From positions 28,021,320-28,041,319 of the forward strand of contig NC_057720.1 of the NCBI RefSeq assembly GCF_004010195.1: DNA of 20,000 nucleotides, in the 5' to 3' direction. The stretch's first letter is position 1, and each line of letters begins with the position of its first letter. Below are positions 1 through 8,035 of the stretch, piece by piece. A model generated the notes under the pieces. The model saw only the letters and a program-made list of their open reading frames with translations, did not search any database and was not told the DNA's origin. Both the position numbers and the translations under genes were made by a program. The stretch is from Chiloscyllium plagiosum (Eukaryota).

Positions 1-270
1 GGTAAATGGGGCAGAGGTCATCTTGGCATTTGGAAAGGTGTCCTTAGCACTGTATCATTAGTGAAAAGAGTGTACACTCGGGAATTGACAGGGTTTGTCA
101 CATCCCCCCGGCATTGTGGAGTTAAGTGTGAACTTTGGAAGTTTGACAATCAGGAGAAACTGAGGACTGCAGATGCTGGAGACCAGAGTTGAAAAGTGTG
201 GTGCTGGAAAAGCGCAGCAGGCCAGGCAGCATCCGAGGAGCAGGAGAATAAGCCATTCTTCAGGAACGAG

Positions 271-1425
271 GGAAGAAAAGGTCGGGGGTGGTGCCAGTGT
301 AGCTGCGGAAGATGGACTGTTCCACATATCCAGCGAAGAGGCAGGCATAGCTGGGGCCCATGTGGGTGCCCATGGCTACTCCTTTGGTTTGGAGGAAGTG
401 GGAGGATTGGAAGGAGAAGTTGTTAAGAGTGAGGACCAGTTCAGTCAGTCAAAGGAGGGTGTCAGTGGAAGGATTGGATCGGCGGGAGAGAAAGAAGCAG
501 AGGGCTTGGAAGCCTTCGTGATGGCAGATGGAAGTGTATAGGGACTGGATGTCCATGGTGAAGATAAGGCGTTGGGGGCCGGGGAAGCGAAAATCATGGA
601 GGAGGTGGAGGGCATGTGTGGTGTCCCAAACGTAGGTGGGGACTTCTTGGACTAAGGGGGACAGGACAGTGTTGAGGTATGCAGAGATGAGTTCGGTGGG
701 GCAGGAGCAGGCTGAGACAATGGGTCAGCCGGGGCAGTCAGGTTTGTGGATTTTGGGCAGGAGGTAGAAACAGGTGGTGTGGGGTTGTGAGACTATGAAG
801 TTGGAGGCAGTGGATGGGAGATCCCCGAGGTGATGAGGTTATGGAGGTCTGGGAGATGATGGTTTGGTAGTGGGAGGTGGGGTCATGGTCAACGGGGCAG
901 TAGGAGGAGGTGTCCATGAGTTGGTGTCTACCTTCAGCGGTGTAAAGATCAGTTAGCCAAACTACCACAGCGCCTCCCTTGTCTGCAAGTTTGATGGTGA
1001 GGTTAGGGTTGGAGTGGAGGGCTGCGCGTTGTGATGGTGAGAGGTTGGAGTGGGTGAGAGGGGTGGACAGGTTGAGGCGGTCAATGTCACGGTGGCAGTT
1101 GGATATGAAGAGATCGAGGGCAGGTAAGAGGCCAGCATGGGGTGTCCAGGTGGATGGGGTGTGTTGGATGCGGGAGAAGGGGTCATCAGAGGGTGGGCGA
1201 GAGTCCTGGTTGAAGAAGTAGGCGTGGAGGTGAAGGCGCTGGAAAAAAATGCTCGATGTCTAGCCGCGTGTCGAATTCATTGATCCGGGACTGTAGAGGG
1301 ATGAAGGTGAGGCCTCTGCTGAGGACTGATCATTCATCCTCAGAGAGGGGGAGATCTGGAGGGATGGTGAAAATACAGCAGGGCTGGGAGCTAGGACCTG
1401 GGACCTGGTGTGGGGGCGGAGTTAG
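271..1425 (-). pseudogene. Disrupted Penelope-like (Neptune-type) reverse transcriptase, N-terminal half
   Basis: Minus-strand translation gives LSRGLTFIP (~1322-1296), FYLLPKIHKPDCPG*PIVS (~770-710), LIFTMDIQSLYTSI (~569-528) and LTLNNFSF..QTKGVAMGTHMGPSYACLF (~434-334). It has CGA>TGA stops and frameshifts, and ends just before the expected YIDD motif. Confidence 0.9.
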
Positions 1426-1525
1426 TTCAAAGTTTGAGAGAAGATTTGTAGCTCGGGTGCTCGTTGCTGTGGTTCTGTTCGCCAAGCTGGAAGATTTTGT
1501 TGCAAACGTTTCGTCCCCTGTCTAG

Positions 1526-2068
1526 AACATCAAGAACATCTCTGAAATGACAGCCAGACTACTGCGACCACTAGGACTTATAACAGCACACAAACCAACA
1601 GCCACACTCAGACAACAACTCACCAGAACGAAGGACCCGATACCCAGCATGAGCAAAACTAATGTGGTATACAAAATCCCATGCAAGGACTGCACAAAAC
1701 ACTATATAGGACAAACAGGAAGACAGCTAACGATCCGCATCCACGAACATCAACTAGCCACGAAACGACACGACCAGCTATCCCTAGTAGCCACACACGC
1801 AGACGATAAGCAACATGAGTTTGACTGGGACAACACTACCATTATAGGGCAAGCCAAACAAAGAACAGCCAGGGAATTCCTAGAAGCATGGCACTCATCC
1901 ACAAACTCCATCAACAAACACATCGACCTGGACCCAATATACCGGCCACTACAGCGGACAACTGAAACTGACAACCGGAAGTGGCAGGGACAGGCCACTA
2001 TAAATGCCGGAGGAAACACCACAGAAGCGCTTCACAGGAGGCTCCCAAGCACTGAGGATGTTACCTAG
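1526..2068 (+). CDS. C-terminal part of PLE polyprotein: GIY-YIG endonuclease (5'-truncated; ORF track 1547..2068)
   Basis: VVYKIPCKDCTKHYIGQTGRQLTIRIHEH ... SLVATH ... HEFDWDNT ... REFLEAWH ... INKH are PLE GIY-YIG/CCHH motifs. The frame is open from 1526 (NIKNISEMTARLL), so the Met at 1547 is internal. Confidence 0.9.
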   Translation, partial: NIKNISEMTARLLRPLGLITAHKPTATLRQQLTRTKDPIPSMSKTNVVYKIPCKDCTKHYIGQTGRQLTIRIHEHQLATKRHDQLSLVATHADDKQHEFDWDNTTIIGQAKQRTAREFLEAWHSSTNSINKHIDLDPIYRPLQRTTETDNRKWQGQATINAGGNTTEALHRRLPSTEDVT

Positions 2069-2088
2069 ACAGGAGACGAAACTTTTGC
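2049..2088 (+). ncRNA. Minimal hammerhead ribozyme motif in Poseidon-type pLTR (cleavage triplet degenerate)
   Basis: GCA-CUGAGGA-U-[GUUACCU AGAC AGGAGAC]-GAAAC-UUU-UGC. The inverted copy near 1501-1525 reads GAAAC-GUU-UGC. Confidence 0.7.
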
Positions 2089-2125
2089 AACAAAAACTTC
2101 CAGCTCGGCGAACAGAACCACAGCA

Positions 2126-2176
2126 GCGGAGTTGGTCATGGGGGCGGAGTTGGTCGTGGGGGCGGAGTTGGTCGTG
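2126..2176. repeat. 18-bp tandem repeat GCGGAGTTGGTCRTGGGG, ~3 copies (another part-unit at 1411-1426)
   Basis: Directly visible. Reads (HDQLRP)n on the minus strand, the RT sense strand. Confidence 0.9.
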
Positions 2177-2179
2177 CTC

Positions 2180-2215
2180 ATTCCTGAAGAAGGGCTTATG
2201 CCCGAAATGTCGATT
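2180..2215 (+). ncRNA. Minimal hammerhead ribozyme motif (Neptune-type pLTR)
   Basis: CUGAAGA(2184-2190)-A-GGGC UUAU GCCC-GAAAU-GUC. One C>T change at a CpG; stem I is weak. Confidence 0.65.
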
Positions 2216-2589
2216 CTCCTGCTCCTCGGATGCTGCCTGGCCTGCTACGCTTTTCCAGCACCACACTTTTCAAGTCTGACAATCACAATAGAGTTGTGCA
2301 AATAGAAGGTTGCAACGCTAACCAAGGATGCATGAACGTCAGATTCTGTCCTCAGTGTCAGAGACAAACAACATTCTCCACAGGAAAGACTGACCCTTGA
2401 GCAATAGGAGGGCACAGGAAACACAAGGGAAAGGAAGTCCGTGGATGTCATGCCCTCAACATACAGTCAACTGCCAAAGACACAGCTACCTGGAATTGGC
2501 CAATATCAGACAGAGGGTCACAGGTAGTCCCTTCACCTCTGACACTCAGCAGCTTTTTGTACAATCTACAAGTTGCAGTGCGGAAATTC

Positions 2590-2900
2590 ACCAAAGATCC
2601 TTTGACCGCACTTTCCAAACCCATGACTACTTCCAGCTAGAAGGACAAGGTAACATCACCTACAAGTTCCCCTCCAAGCCACTCACCATCTTGACTTAGA
2701 AATGTGTCACTATTCCTTCACCAACATTGCGTCAAAATCCTGGAATTCCTTCCAGATTGGCATTGTGGGTCAACTTCCAGCATGTGGAATGCAGTGGTTC
2801 AAAAAGACTGCCTGCTACTGCCTTCTCAAGGGCAAATAGAGACTGGCAGTAAATGCTGGCCAGCCAGCGACACTCAAGTTGTACAAATTAATTTTAAAAA
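2590..2900 (+). mobile_element. 3' end fragment of a shark LINE family (related copy at ~18715-18990)
   Basis: Shares CACCT(A/G)CAAGTT(C/T)C(C/T)CTCCA with the ~18885-18906 copy, plus a similar CCAGC..A-rich end. Family recognised from memory only. Confidence 0.5.
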
Positions 2901-3093
2901 GGTCAGAAGAATGAGAGGTGATGTATTTGAAATATTTCAAGTTCTTGAGTGACTCGACAGGTTTAGTGCTGGGAGGTTTTGTCATTTAGAGCAGAGATTA
3001 GAAATTTCTTTACCCAAAGAATTGTGAACCTTTGGAATCTCTCTGACAGAGAACTCTGAATGCTCTGTCATTGGTAGGTTCAAGTCAGAAATC

Positions 3094-3305
3094 TTCGAGG
3101 AGAAAGTGAGGTCTGCAGATGCTGGAGATCAAAGTTGAAACTTTATTGCTGGAACAGCACAGCAGGTCAGGCAGCATCCAGGGAACAGGAGATTCGACGT
3201 TTCGGGCACAGGTTCCTGAGGAAGGGCCTGTGCCCGAAACGTCGAATCTCCTGTTCCCTGGATGCTGCCTGACCTGCTGTGCTGTTCCAGCAATAAAGTT
3301 TCAAC
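3094..3305. mobile_element. Non-coding palindromic PLE pLTR insertion with intact HHR core
   Basis: Perfect 80-bp inverted arms 3133-3212 / 3227-3306, with a one-sided ~39-nt tail 3094-3132. Perfect 14-bp TSD TCAAGTCAGAAATC at 3080-3093 and 3306-3319. Confidence 0.92.
3211..3248 (+). ncRNA. Minimal hammerhead ribozyme motif
   Basis: GGUUC-CUGAGGA-A-GGGC CUGU GCCC-GAAAC-GUC-GAAUC. Stem I GGUUC/GAAUC, 4-bp stem II, GUC triplet at 3241-3243. Confidence 0.75.
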
Positions 3306-3415
3306 TCAAGTCAGAAATCAGAGACCTTTGGGTACTGAGAGGGTCAAGGATATGATTTAGTGCAGAAAGGCGAATCTGAGATTCAAGACGTGTTCCTGAA
3401 TTTTTATGTTTTCAG

Positions 3416-3461
3416 TCACAGGAGGGGGCGAGAAGAAGTTTGGAACAATTAGCTTCAGGCA
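3416..3461 (+). CDS. Candidate internal host-gene exon (SQEGARRSLEQLASG + 1 nt)
   Basis: Acceptor TTTTTATGTTTTCAG and donor GTATGT; 46 nt with no stop in a non-repeat island. Protein not recognised. Confidence 0.35.
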
Positions 3462-3639
3462 GTATGTTATCCGGATAGTTTTATAAATCAGAAAAATAAC
3501 TTGATTTATTCTGTGGTTGGGTGGCTATACTTATTTAAATGATATACATTCTTTCAGCTATTGGTTTGGTTGGTGAAATGGATTTCTGATTTCAGATCTG
3601 ATGAGTACATTACAATTTTATTTATGACATTCCTGTTTT

Positions 3640-4130
3640 AGAAAGGACATTGTTAAGTTGGAGAGAGTTTAGAAGAGAATTACCAGTGTGTTCTCAGGAA
3701 TGGAGGGTTTGAGTTATAAGTGCTGGTTTGACTAGGACTTTTTTCCCTGTACTGAAGGAAGTTGAGAGATGATCTTATAGAAGCTTATAAAATCATGAGG
3801 GGTGCAGATAAAGTGAATGGCAAACGTCTCTTCATTAGGGTGGGGGATTTCTTCTGGATCAGTGGTGCTGGAAGAGCACAGCAATTCAGGCAGCATCCGA
3901 GGACAGGCAAAATCGACGTTTCGGGCAAAAGCCCTTCATCAGGAAGGGCTGATGAAGGGCTTTTGCCCGAAACGTTGATTTTTGCCTGTCCTCGGATGCT
4001 GCCTGAATTGCTGTGCTCTTCCAGCACCACTGATCCAGAATCTGGTTTCCAGCATCTGCAGTCATTGTTTTTACCTGGGGGATTTCTTGACTAGGGGATA
4101 TATTCTTAAGATGAGAGGAGAAAGATTTCA
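3640..4130 (+). mobile_element. Decayed CR1/HER1-like LINE fragment, interrupted by the 3854-4075 insertion
   Basis: RKDIVKLERV*KR.T and LRDDLIEAYKIMRG motifs of the CR1 ORF2 C-terminus. Confidence 0.8.
3854..4075. mobile_element. Non-coding palindromic PLE pLTR insertion with an HHR core on each strand
   Basis: Near-perfect ~91-bp arms 3852-3942 / 3949-4040 and tail 4041-4075. 13-bp TSD TGGGGGATTTCTT at 3841-3853 and 4076-4088. CUGAUGA-A-GGGC UUUU GCCC-GAAAC-GUY on both strands. Confidence 0.92.
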
Positions 4131-4134
4131 TGTT

Positions 4135-4768
4135 TCATGTGTCTAGTTCTGATCGTCTAATTATAGAAAGGATATTATTAAGTTGGAAAGGGTTCAGAAG
4201 AGATTTACCAGGGCATTGATCGGTATGGAAGGTTTGAGTTATAAAGAAAGGCTAGATACGTTGGAAATTTTCTCACAGCAGCGTAGGAGATTGAGAGGTG
4301 ACCTTATCAAAGTTTATAAAATCATGAATATAGGTAAGGTTAATGGTAGGAATGATGATAATGAAGGGCTTTTGCCTGAAACATTGACTCACTTACTCCT
4401 CGGATGCTGCCTGACTTGCAGTGTTTTTCCAGCACTACGCTCTATACTCTAATCTCCAACATCTGCAGACCTCACTTTTGCCTTAATGGTAAGTATCTTC
4501 TCCCTTGGATGGGGGTTTCAAGACTAAGGAGAAGATAGAGATTTTAAAAAGACATGAGCGGCAAATGTTTTACATAGTGGCTTGAATATGGATTGAACTT
4601 CCTGAGGAAGAGATGGATGCTGGAACAATTACATTGTTTGAAAGGCATTTGGATAAGCACATGCATAGGAAAAGTTTGGAAGATTTGGGGGCAGGTGGGC
4701 CTAGTTTATATTCAGCATGGACTGGTGGGACCGAGGGATTGATTTCCATGCTGTATGACTCTATGGAG
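4135..4768 (+). mobile_element. CR1/HER1-like LINE 3' end, interrupted by the 4349-4482 insertion
   Basis: LERVQKRFTR..GMEGLSYKERL..RRRLRGDLIKVYKIM motifs; 3' UTR ending TTTCCATGCTGTATGACTCTATG. Confidence 0.85.
4349..4482 (+). mobile_element. Solo, decayed PLE pLTR with tail
   Basis: ATGAAGGGCTTTTGCCTGAAACATTG...CATCTGCAGACCTCACTTTTGCC is homologous to the other arms. TSD TTAATGGTA at 4340-4348 and 4483-4491. Confidence 0.8.
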
Positions 4769-4799
4769 TTATACTTTGACATTGTGGTTAACAATCCAT

Positions 4800-5340
4800 G
4801 CAAAGGTTTCAGTTGACACGGCATGAATGATTATTATGTTACTACGAATGGATCTCTCAGGGCAGCTATTCAGCATATAGGTGATCTGCCTTGGATAACT
4901 AGAGTCAGTATTTGAATCTTTTTCATGTTACACTTGTGAAGCAAGTATCCCATCTTCTATGGTCACTCCTTAAGTGGTCAAGGATTGTCCTGATATTCTT
5001 TGAAAAGCTGAAACCTGGGACTTCATCATTCAGGTCAGTTTGTAGGTTGTAGTTGATGTGTGTAGGAGGTGTGCCATAATGAAATGGAGCTGTTGTCAGT
5101 TTGTAAATCATACACTGTGTTCCAATCGAGATAATAGAAATTCAGATGAGTGTAAGAATTTTCCTTTCAGGTACTGTGTCAGTGGGAATGGTTTATTTGC
5201 TGTCATCTCATTATTCTTTTGTGGAGGACATTTGAAGTACACAGACATCAGGAGGTTTGCTGTTATGAGGGTGATATCAATCTCTATATGGTCCTCCTGT
5301 TAAAATAAGTTGTTCATTAAGGATGAGAGTGGTGACTAGT
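4800..5340 (-). mobile_element. Probable old Vingi/Ingi-like non-LTR retrotransposon 3' fragment
   Basis: Minus-strand VPGFSFSKNIRTILDHLRSDHRR followed (with frameshifts) by ..YPRQITYMLNSCPERS resembles the PGFxLPRxxWxxLNRLRTGHGR...HxxxxCP C-terminus of Ingi/Vingi ORFs. Heavily decayed. Confidence 0.45.
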
Positions 5341-5384
5341 ATGTGAAGCTAGAGGACATAGGTAGGGTTCTAAATTAATACTTT

Positions 5385-6835
5385 TTCAGTGTTTGCTAGT
5401 GAGAGGAGGGACAATATGACATAGAAATCGGGGAAAGGTCTCTGATATACTTAAAGAAAGTAACATAGACACAGAGGAGATTCTGAGAGATCTGATGGAC
5501 TTAAAAGTAGATAAATTTCCATAGCTGGATGAAATTTATCCCAGGCTGTTGAGTGAGAAAAGGGAGGAAATAACTGGGAAACTGGCAGCAATCTTCAATT
5601 CCTCTCTGCCCACAGGAGAGGTACCAGAGGACTGGAGGATAGCTGAAGGAGGGAGCAAGGGATAAACCAGGAAACTACATGCTAGTCAGTCTGGCTTCCA
5701 TGATGGGAAAACAATTGGAAACAATTCTGAGGGACAGAATTATTCTGCACTTGGAGAAGCAAGGATTAATCAAGAATAGTCATTATGGTTTTATTAAGGG
5801 GAAGTCATATCTGACTAACTTGATATTGAGTTTTTGAAGAGGTGACCAGGTGACCAGATAAGGGCAATGCATTTAATATTGTCTCCTTGGACTTCAGCAA
5901 GGTTTTTGTAAGGCTCACATGCATGACTGATAATGAAGGTTAAAAACCCATGGAATCCAAGGAACTTTGACCAAATAGATCCAGAATTGACTGAGTGGCA
6001 GGAAGCAGAGGATAATGGTTTAGGGTTGTTTTATCGTGACTGAAAGCCTGTGTCCAGTAGTTCTGCAGGGATCAGTGTTGGGGCCTTTGTTTGTAATATA
6101 TATAAACTGTTTTAGACTTGAATATATGAGGGTTGATCAGTAAGTTTACGGATGATATGAAAATTGGTGAGGTGGTAAATGGGTGAGGTGATGACTGGGG
6201 GATGTATAGATGGACTGGTCACATGGGATGCTAAATGGCAAATGGAATTCAATTCGGTTAAGTGTGAGGTGATGCACTGTGCAATACAGACGAGGCAAGG
6301 GAATGCATGATGAATGGTAGAACCCTGGGAAGCACTGAGGATCCAAGAGACCTTGGTATGCCTGTCCACTGGTTCCTTAAAGGGACAGGTTGATAATGTG
6401 GTTAAGAAGGCATGTAGGATACTTGTTTTTAATAGCCAAAGCATGGAACTTAAGAGTAGGGAGGTTCTGCTGCAATTGTATACAGGGCATCCACCGTATC
6501 CATAGAGTCTGCTTCCGCGGTTTCAGTTATCCGCCGTTTGCCACGGCCCAAAAATATTACATGGAACATTCCAGAACCAGGGGCTGCCGGAGAGGTAAAT
6601 TTCGCATTTAAATGAATGGGTTTGCTATGATCTGCAGTAGATCTCAGAATGTATCTCTCGTGGATACTGTAAATATTGATTAGGCCATAGCTAGACTATT
6701 GTATGCAGTTCTGGAATCCACATTATAGGAAGGTTATTATGCTGCAGAATGCAGCAGAGATCACCAGCATGTTGCCTGAGCTGGGGAGTTTTAGTTATGA
6801 AGAGAGATTGGATAAATTGGGGAGAGGAGACTGAG
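5385..6835 (+). mobile_element. Decayed CR1-clade LINE, RT domain
   Basis: DEIYPRLL, DKPGNY..VSL, LDFSK.F, QGSVLGP, KFTDDMKIG (~6142-6168), KWQMEFN..KCEVMH and LQLY..L.RP.L.YC.QFW motifs, with stops and frameshifts. Confidence 0.9.
6483..6669. mobile_element. Tigger/pogo-like (Tc1-mariner) MITE inserted in the CR1
   Basis: TA|CAG...CTG|TA ends; GTATCC (left) / GGATAC (right) TIR remnant. Internal TTCCGCGGTTTCAGTTA..AAAATATTA.ATGGAA.ATTCCAGAA resembles Tigger7/MER44. Splits the CR1 LQLY motif at a TA. Confidence 0.7.
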
Positions 6836-6885
6836 GATCAGAAACAGCAGGTGGTTTCACTGAGCAGGAAATGTACTGTCTGTGT

Positions 6886-7197
6886 TTAGATTACTTACAG
6901 TGTGGAAACAGGCCCTTCGACCCAACAAGTCCACACCAACCCTCCGAAGTGCAACCCACTCAGACACATTCCCCTACATTTACCCCTGCCCCTAACACTA
7001 CAGGCAATTTAGCATGGCCAATTCACCTAACCTGCTCATTTTTGGACTGTGGGAGGAGACCGGAGCACCTGGAGGAAACCTACGCAGACATGGGGAGAAT
7101 GTGCAAACTCCACACAGTCAGTCGCCTGAGGCGGGAATTGAACTCTGGTCTCTGGCGCTGTGAGGTAGCAGTGCTAACCACTGTGCCACCGTGTTGC
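6886..7197 (-). mobile_element. HE1-type tRNA-derived SINE (V-SINE)
   Basis: Minus strand: head with A box TGGCACAGTGG and B box GAGTTCAATTCC, V-domain GTGTGGAGTTTGCACATTCTCCCC..GGTTTCCTCCAGGTGCTCCGG, and LINE-like tail GAAGGGCCTGTTTCCACACTGTAAGTAATCTAA. Confidence 0.92.
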
Positions 7198-7485
7198 ATG
7201 CAGCAATGGCAGTCCAGAGAGATTGTTTATTTGTTCTTGGGAGTTAAAGCTAAATTAGTTAAAACATTTCAAAAACTCTAAAAGGTGATAAAACTCACTT
7301 TGGAAAGAGTAAATGTGGAATACTTAACCACTAAAAACCAGGATAAGGTTAGTTCAGAGCAGACTATATTGTCAGGGTAGAGCTGAATGTTTTCTGGTTT
7401 AATTTGTGTGTTTGCTAGGATAGGAATGAATTGCAGTTTGGAGATGGGAAATGGCTGAAACATGGGAACAGGATCCAGGTAATAT

Positions 7486-8033
7486 AAGAAAACAAAAAAA
7501 GTGCTGGAAATCACAGCAGATCAGACAGCATCCATGGAGAGAGAACAAGTTAACATTTTGAGTCCAGATGACTCCTCTTCAGAGCTGATATGGAAGGCAC
7601 AGTATTTATGTATTCGTTTGCGGGGGAGTGAGGAGGTGGATTGATGGGGCGAACAAATGTTGATAGAGCAGAGTAAGTGATTGGAATGTGGGAAAGGCAA
7701 AACAGTGATGTGTCTAACTGCCAAACTGGAAAGAACAGACAATCGCACGGGAGTGGGGGTAAGGAAGACAGGACATGGTGACAGAAAATGTAACAAATAA
7801 AGCTAAAAGAAAGGGAAGGAGTGGGAGTGGGTTCACAGTTTGAAAGTGTTGAATTCAATATTAAGTCTAGAAGGTTGTAAAGTGTCTGGTCTGAAGATGA
7901 GATGTTGTTCCTCCAGTTTGCACTGTGATTTGCTGGAGTATTGCAGCATGCTGAGAACAGACAAGTGGGCATGCGAATAGGATGCTGTGTTAAAATAACT
8001 GGCTACGGGAAAGTCAGGGTCATGTTTGCGCAC
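7486..8033 (-). mobile_element. 5'-truncated Neptune-type PLE 3' end (endonuclease C-terminus, 3' UTR, pLTR with decayed HHR)
   Basis: ORF 7833..8033 has PVASYFN..H..KLEEQHLIFRPDTLQPSRLNIEFN, a PLE GIY-YIG C-terminus. HHR at ~7548-7586 (-): CUGAAGA-G-GAGUC AUCUG GACUC-AAAAUGUU; both departures from GAAACGUU fall at CpGs. Confidence 0.85.
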
Positions 8034-8035
8034 AT

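Larger units (their letters stand above)
1427..2125 (+). mobile_element. Nested 5'-truncated Poseidon-type Penelope-like element with inverted pLTR
   Basis: ~1465-1525 is the reverse complement of 2065-2125, with an extra ~38-nt tail at 1427-1464. Flanked by GCGGAGTTAGT (1416-1426) / GCGGAGTTGGT (2126-2136). Encodes a GIY-YIG domain. Confidence 0.88.
153..2271 (-). mobile_element. Composite Neptune-type Penelope-like element: tailed pLTR arm (153-270, -), RT fragment, nested PLE, inverted tail-less pLTR arm (2177-2271, +)
   Basis: Arms ~188-270 and 2177-2273 are inverted copies of each other. Flanking 14-bp TSD: AAGTTTGACAATCA (139-152) / AAGTCTGACAATCA (2272-2285). PLE RT motifs lie inside. 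Confidence 0.88.
2905..3390 (+). mobile_element. Decayed CR1-clade LINE 3' fragment, interrupted by the 3094-3305 insertion
   Basis: AGAAGAATGAGAGGTGAT (RRMRGD) and GAAATTTCTTTACCCAAAGAATTGTGAACCTTTGGAATCTCT (NFFTQRIVNLWN) are CR1 ORF2 C-terminal motifs. Confidence 0.7.

Noticed and set aside
241..270. Functional HHR in the left arm (also ~4355-4390 and ~19610-19645)
   Set aside because: The cores are broken: a 15-nt deletion removing the stem II 3' strand and GAAA, a missing CUG, and a 3-nt deletion respectively.
173..1525. Plus-strand ORFs 173..541, 979..1221 and 1256..1525
   Set aside because: They are antisense shadows of the PLE RT and pLTRs and have no recognisable protein motifs.
2126..2176. 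Repeat as a CRISPR-like array
   Set aside because: The units are contiguous with no spacers, and the context is a eukaryotic retroelement.
3094..4075. Palindromes interpreted as DNA-transposon MITEs, miRNA genes or terminators
   Set aside because: The arms are homologous to PLE 3' pLTRs attached to GIY-YIG sequence (19518-20000), have one-sided tails, and have variable 9-14 bp TSDs.
7125..7197. tRNA gene (also ~10435-10506)
   Set aside because: The A/B boxes belong to the tRNA-derived head of HE1 SINEs, which continue into V-domain and LINE-like tail.
6871..7281. 136-aa ORF and similar ORFs 10322..10513 and 11872..12219 sharing GRMCKLH-like peptides
   Set aside because: They are antisense translations of HE1 SINE copies, not a protein family.
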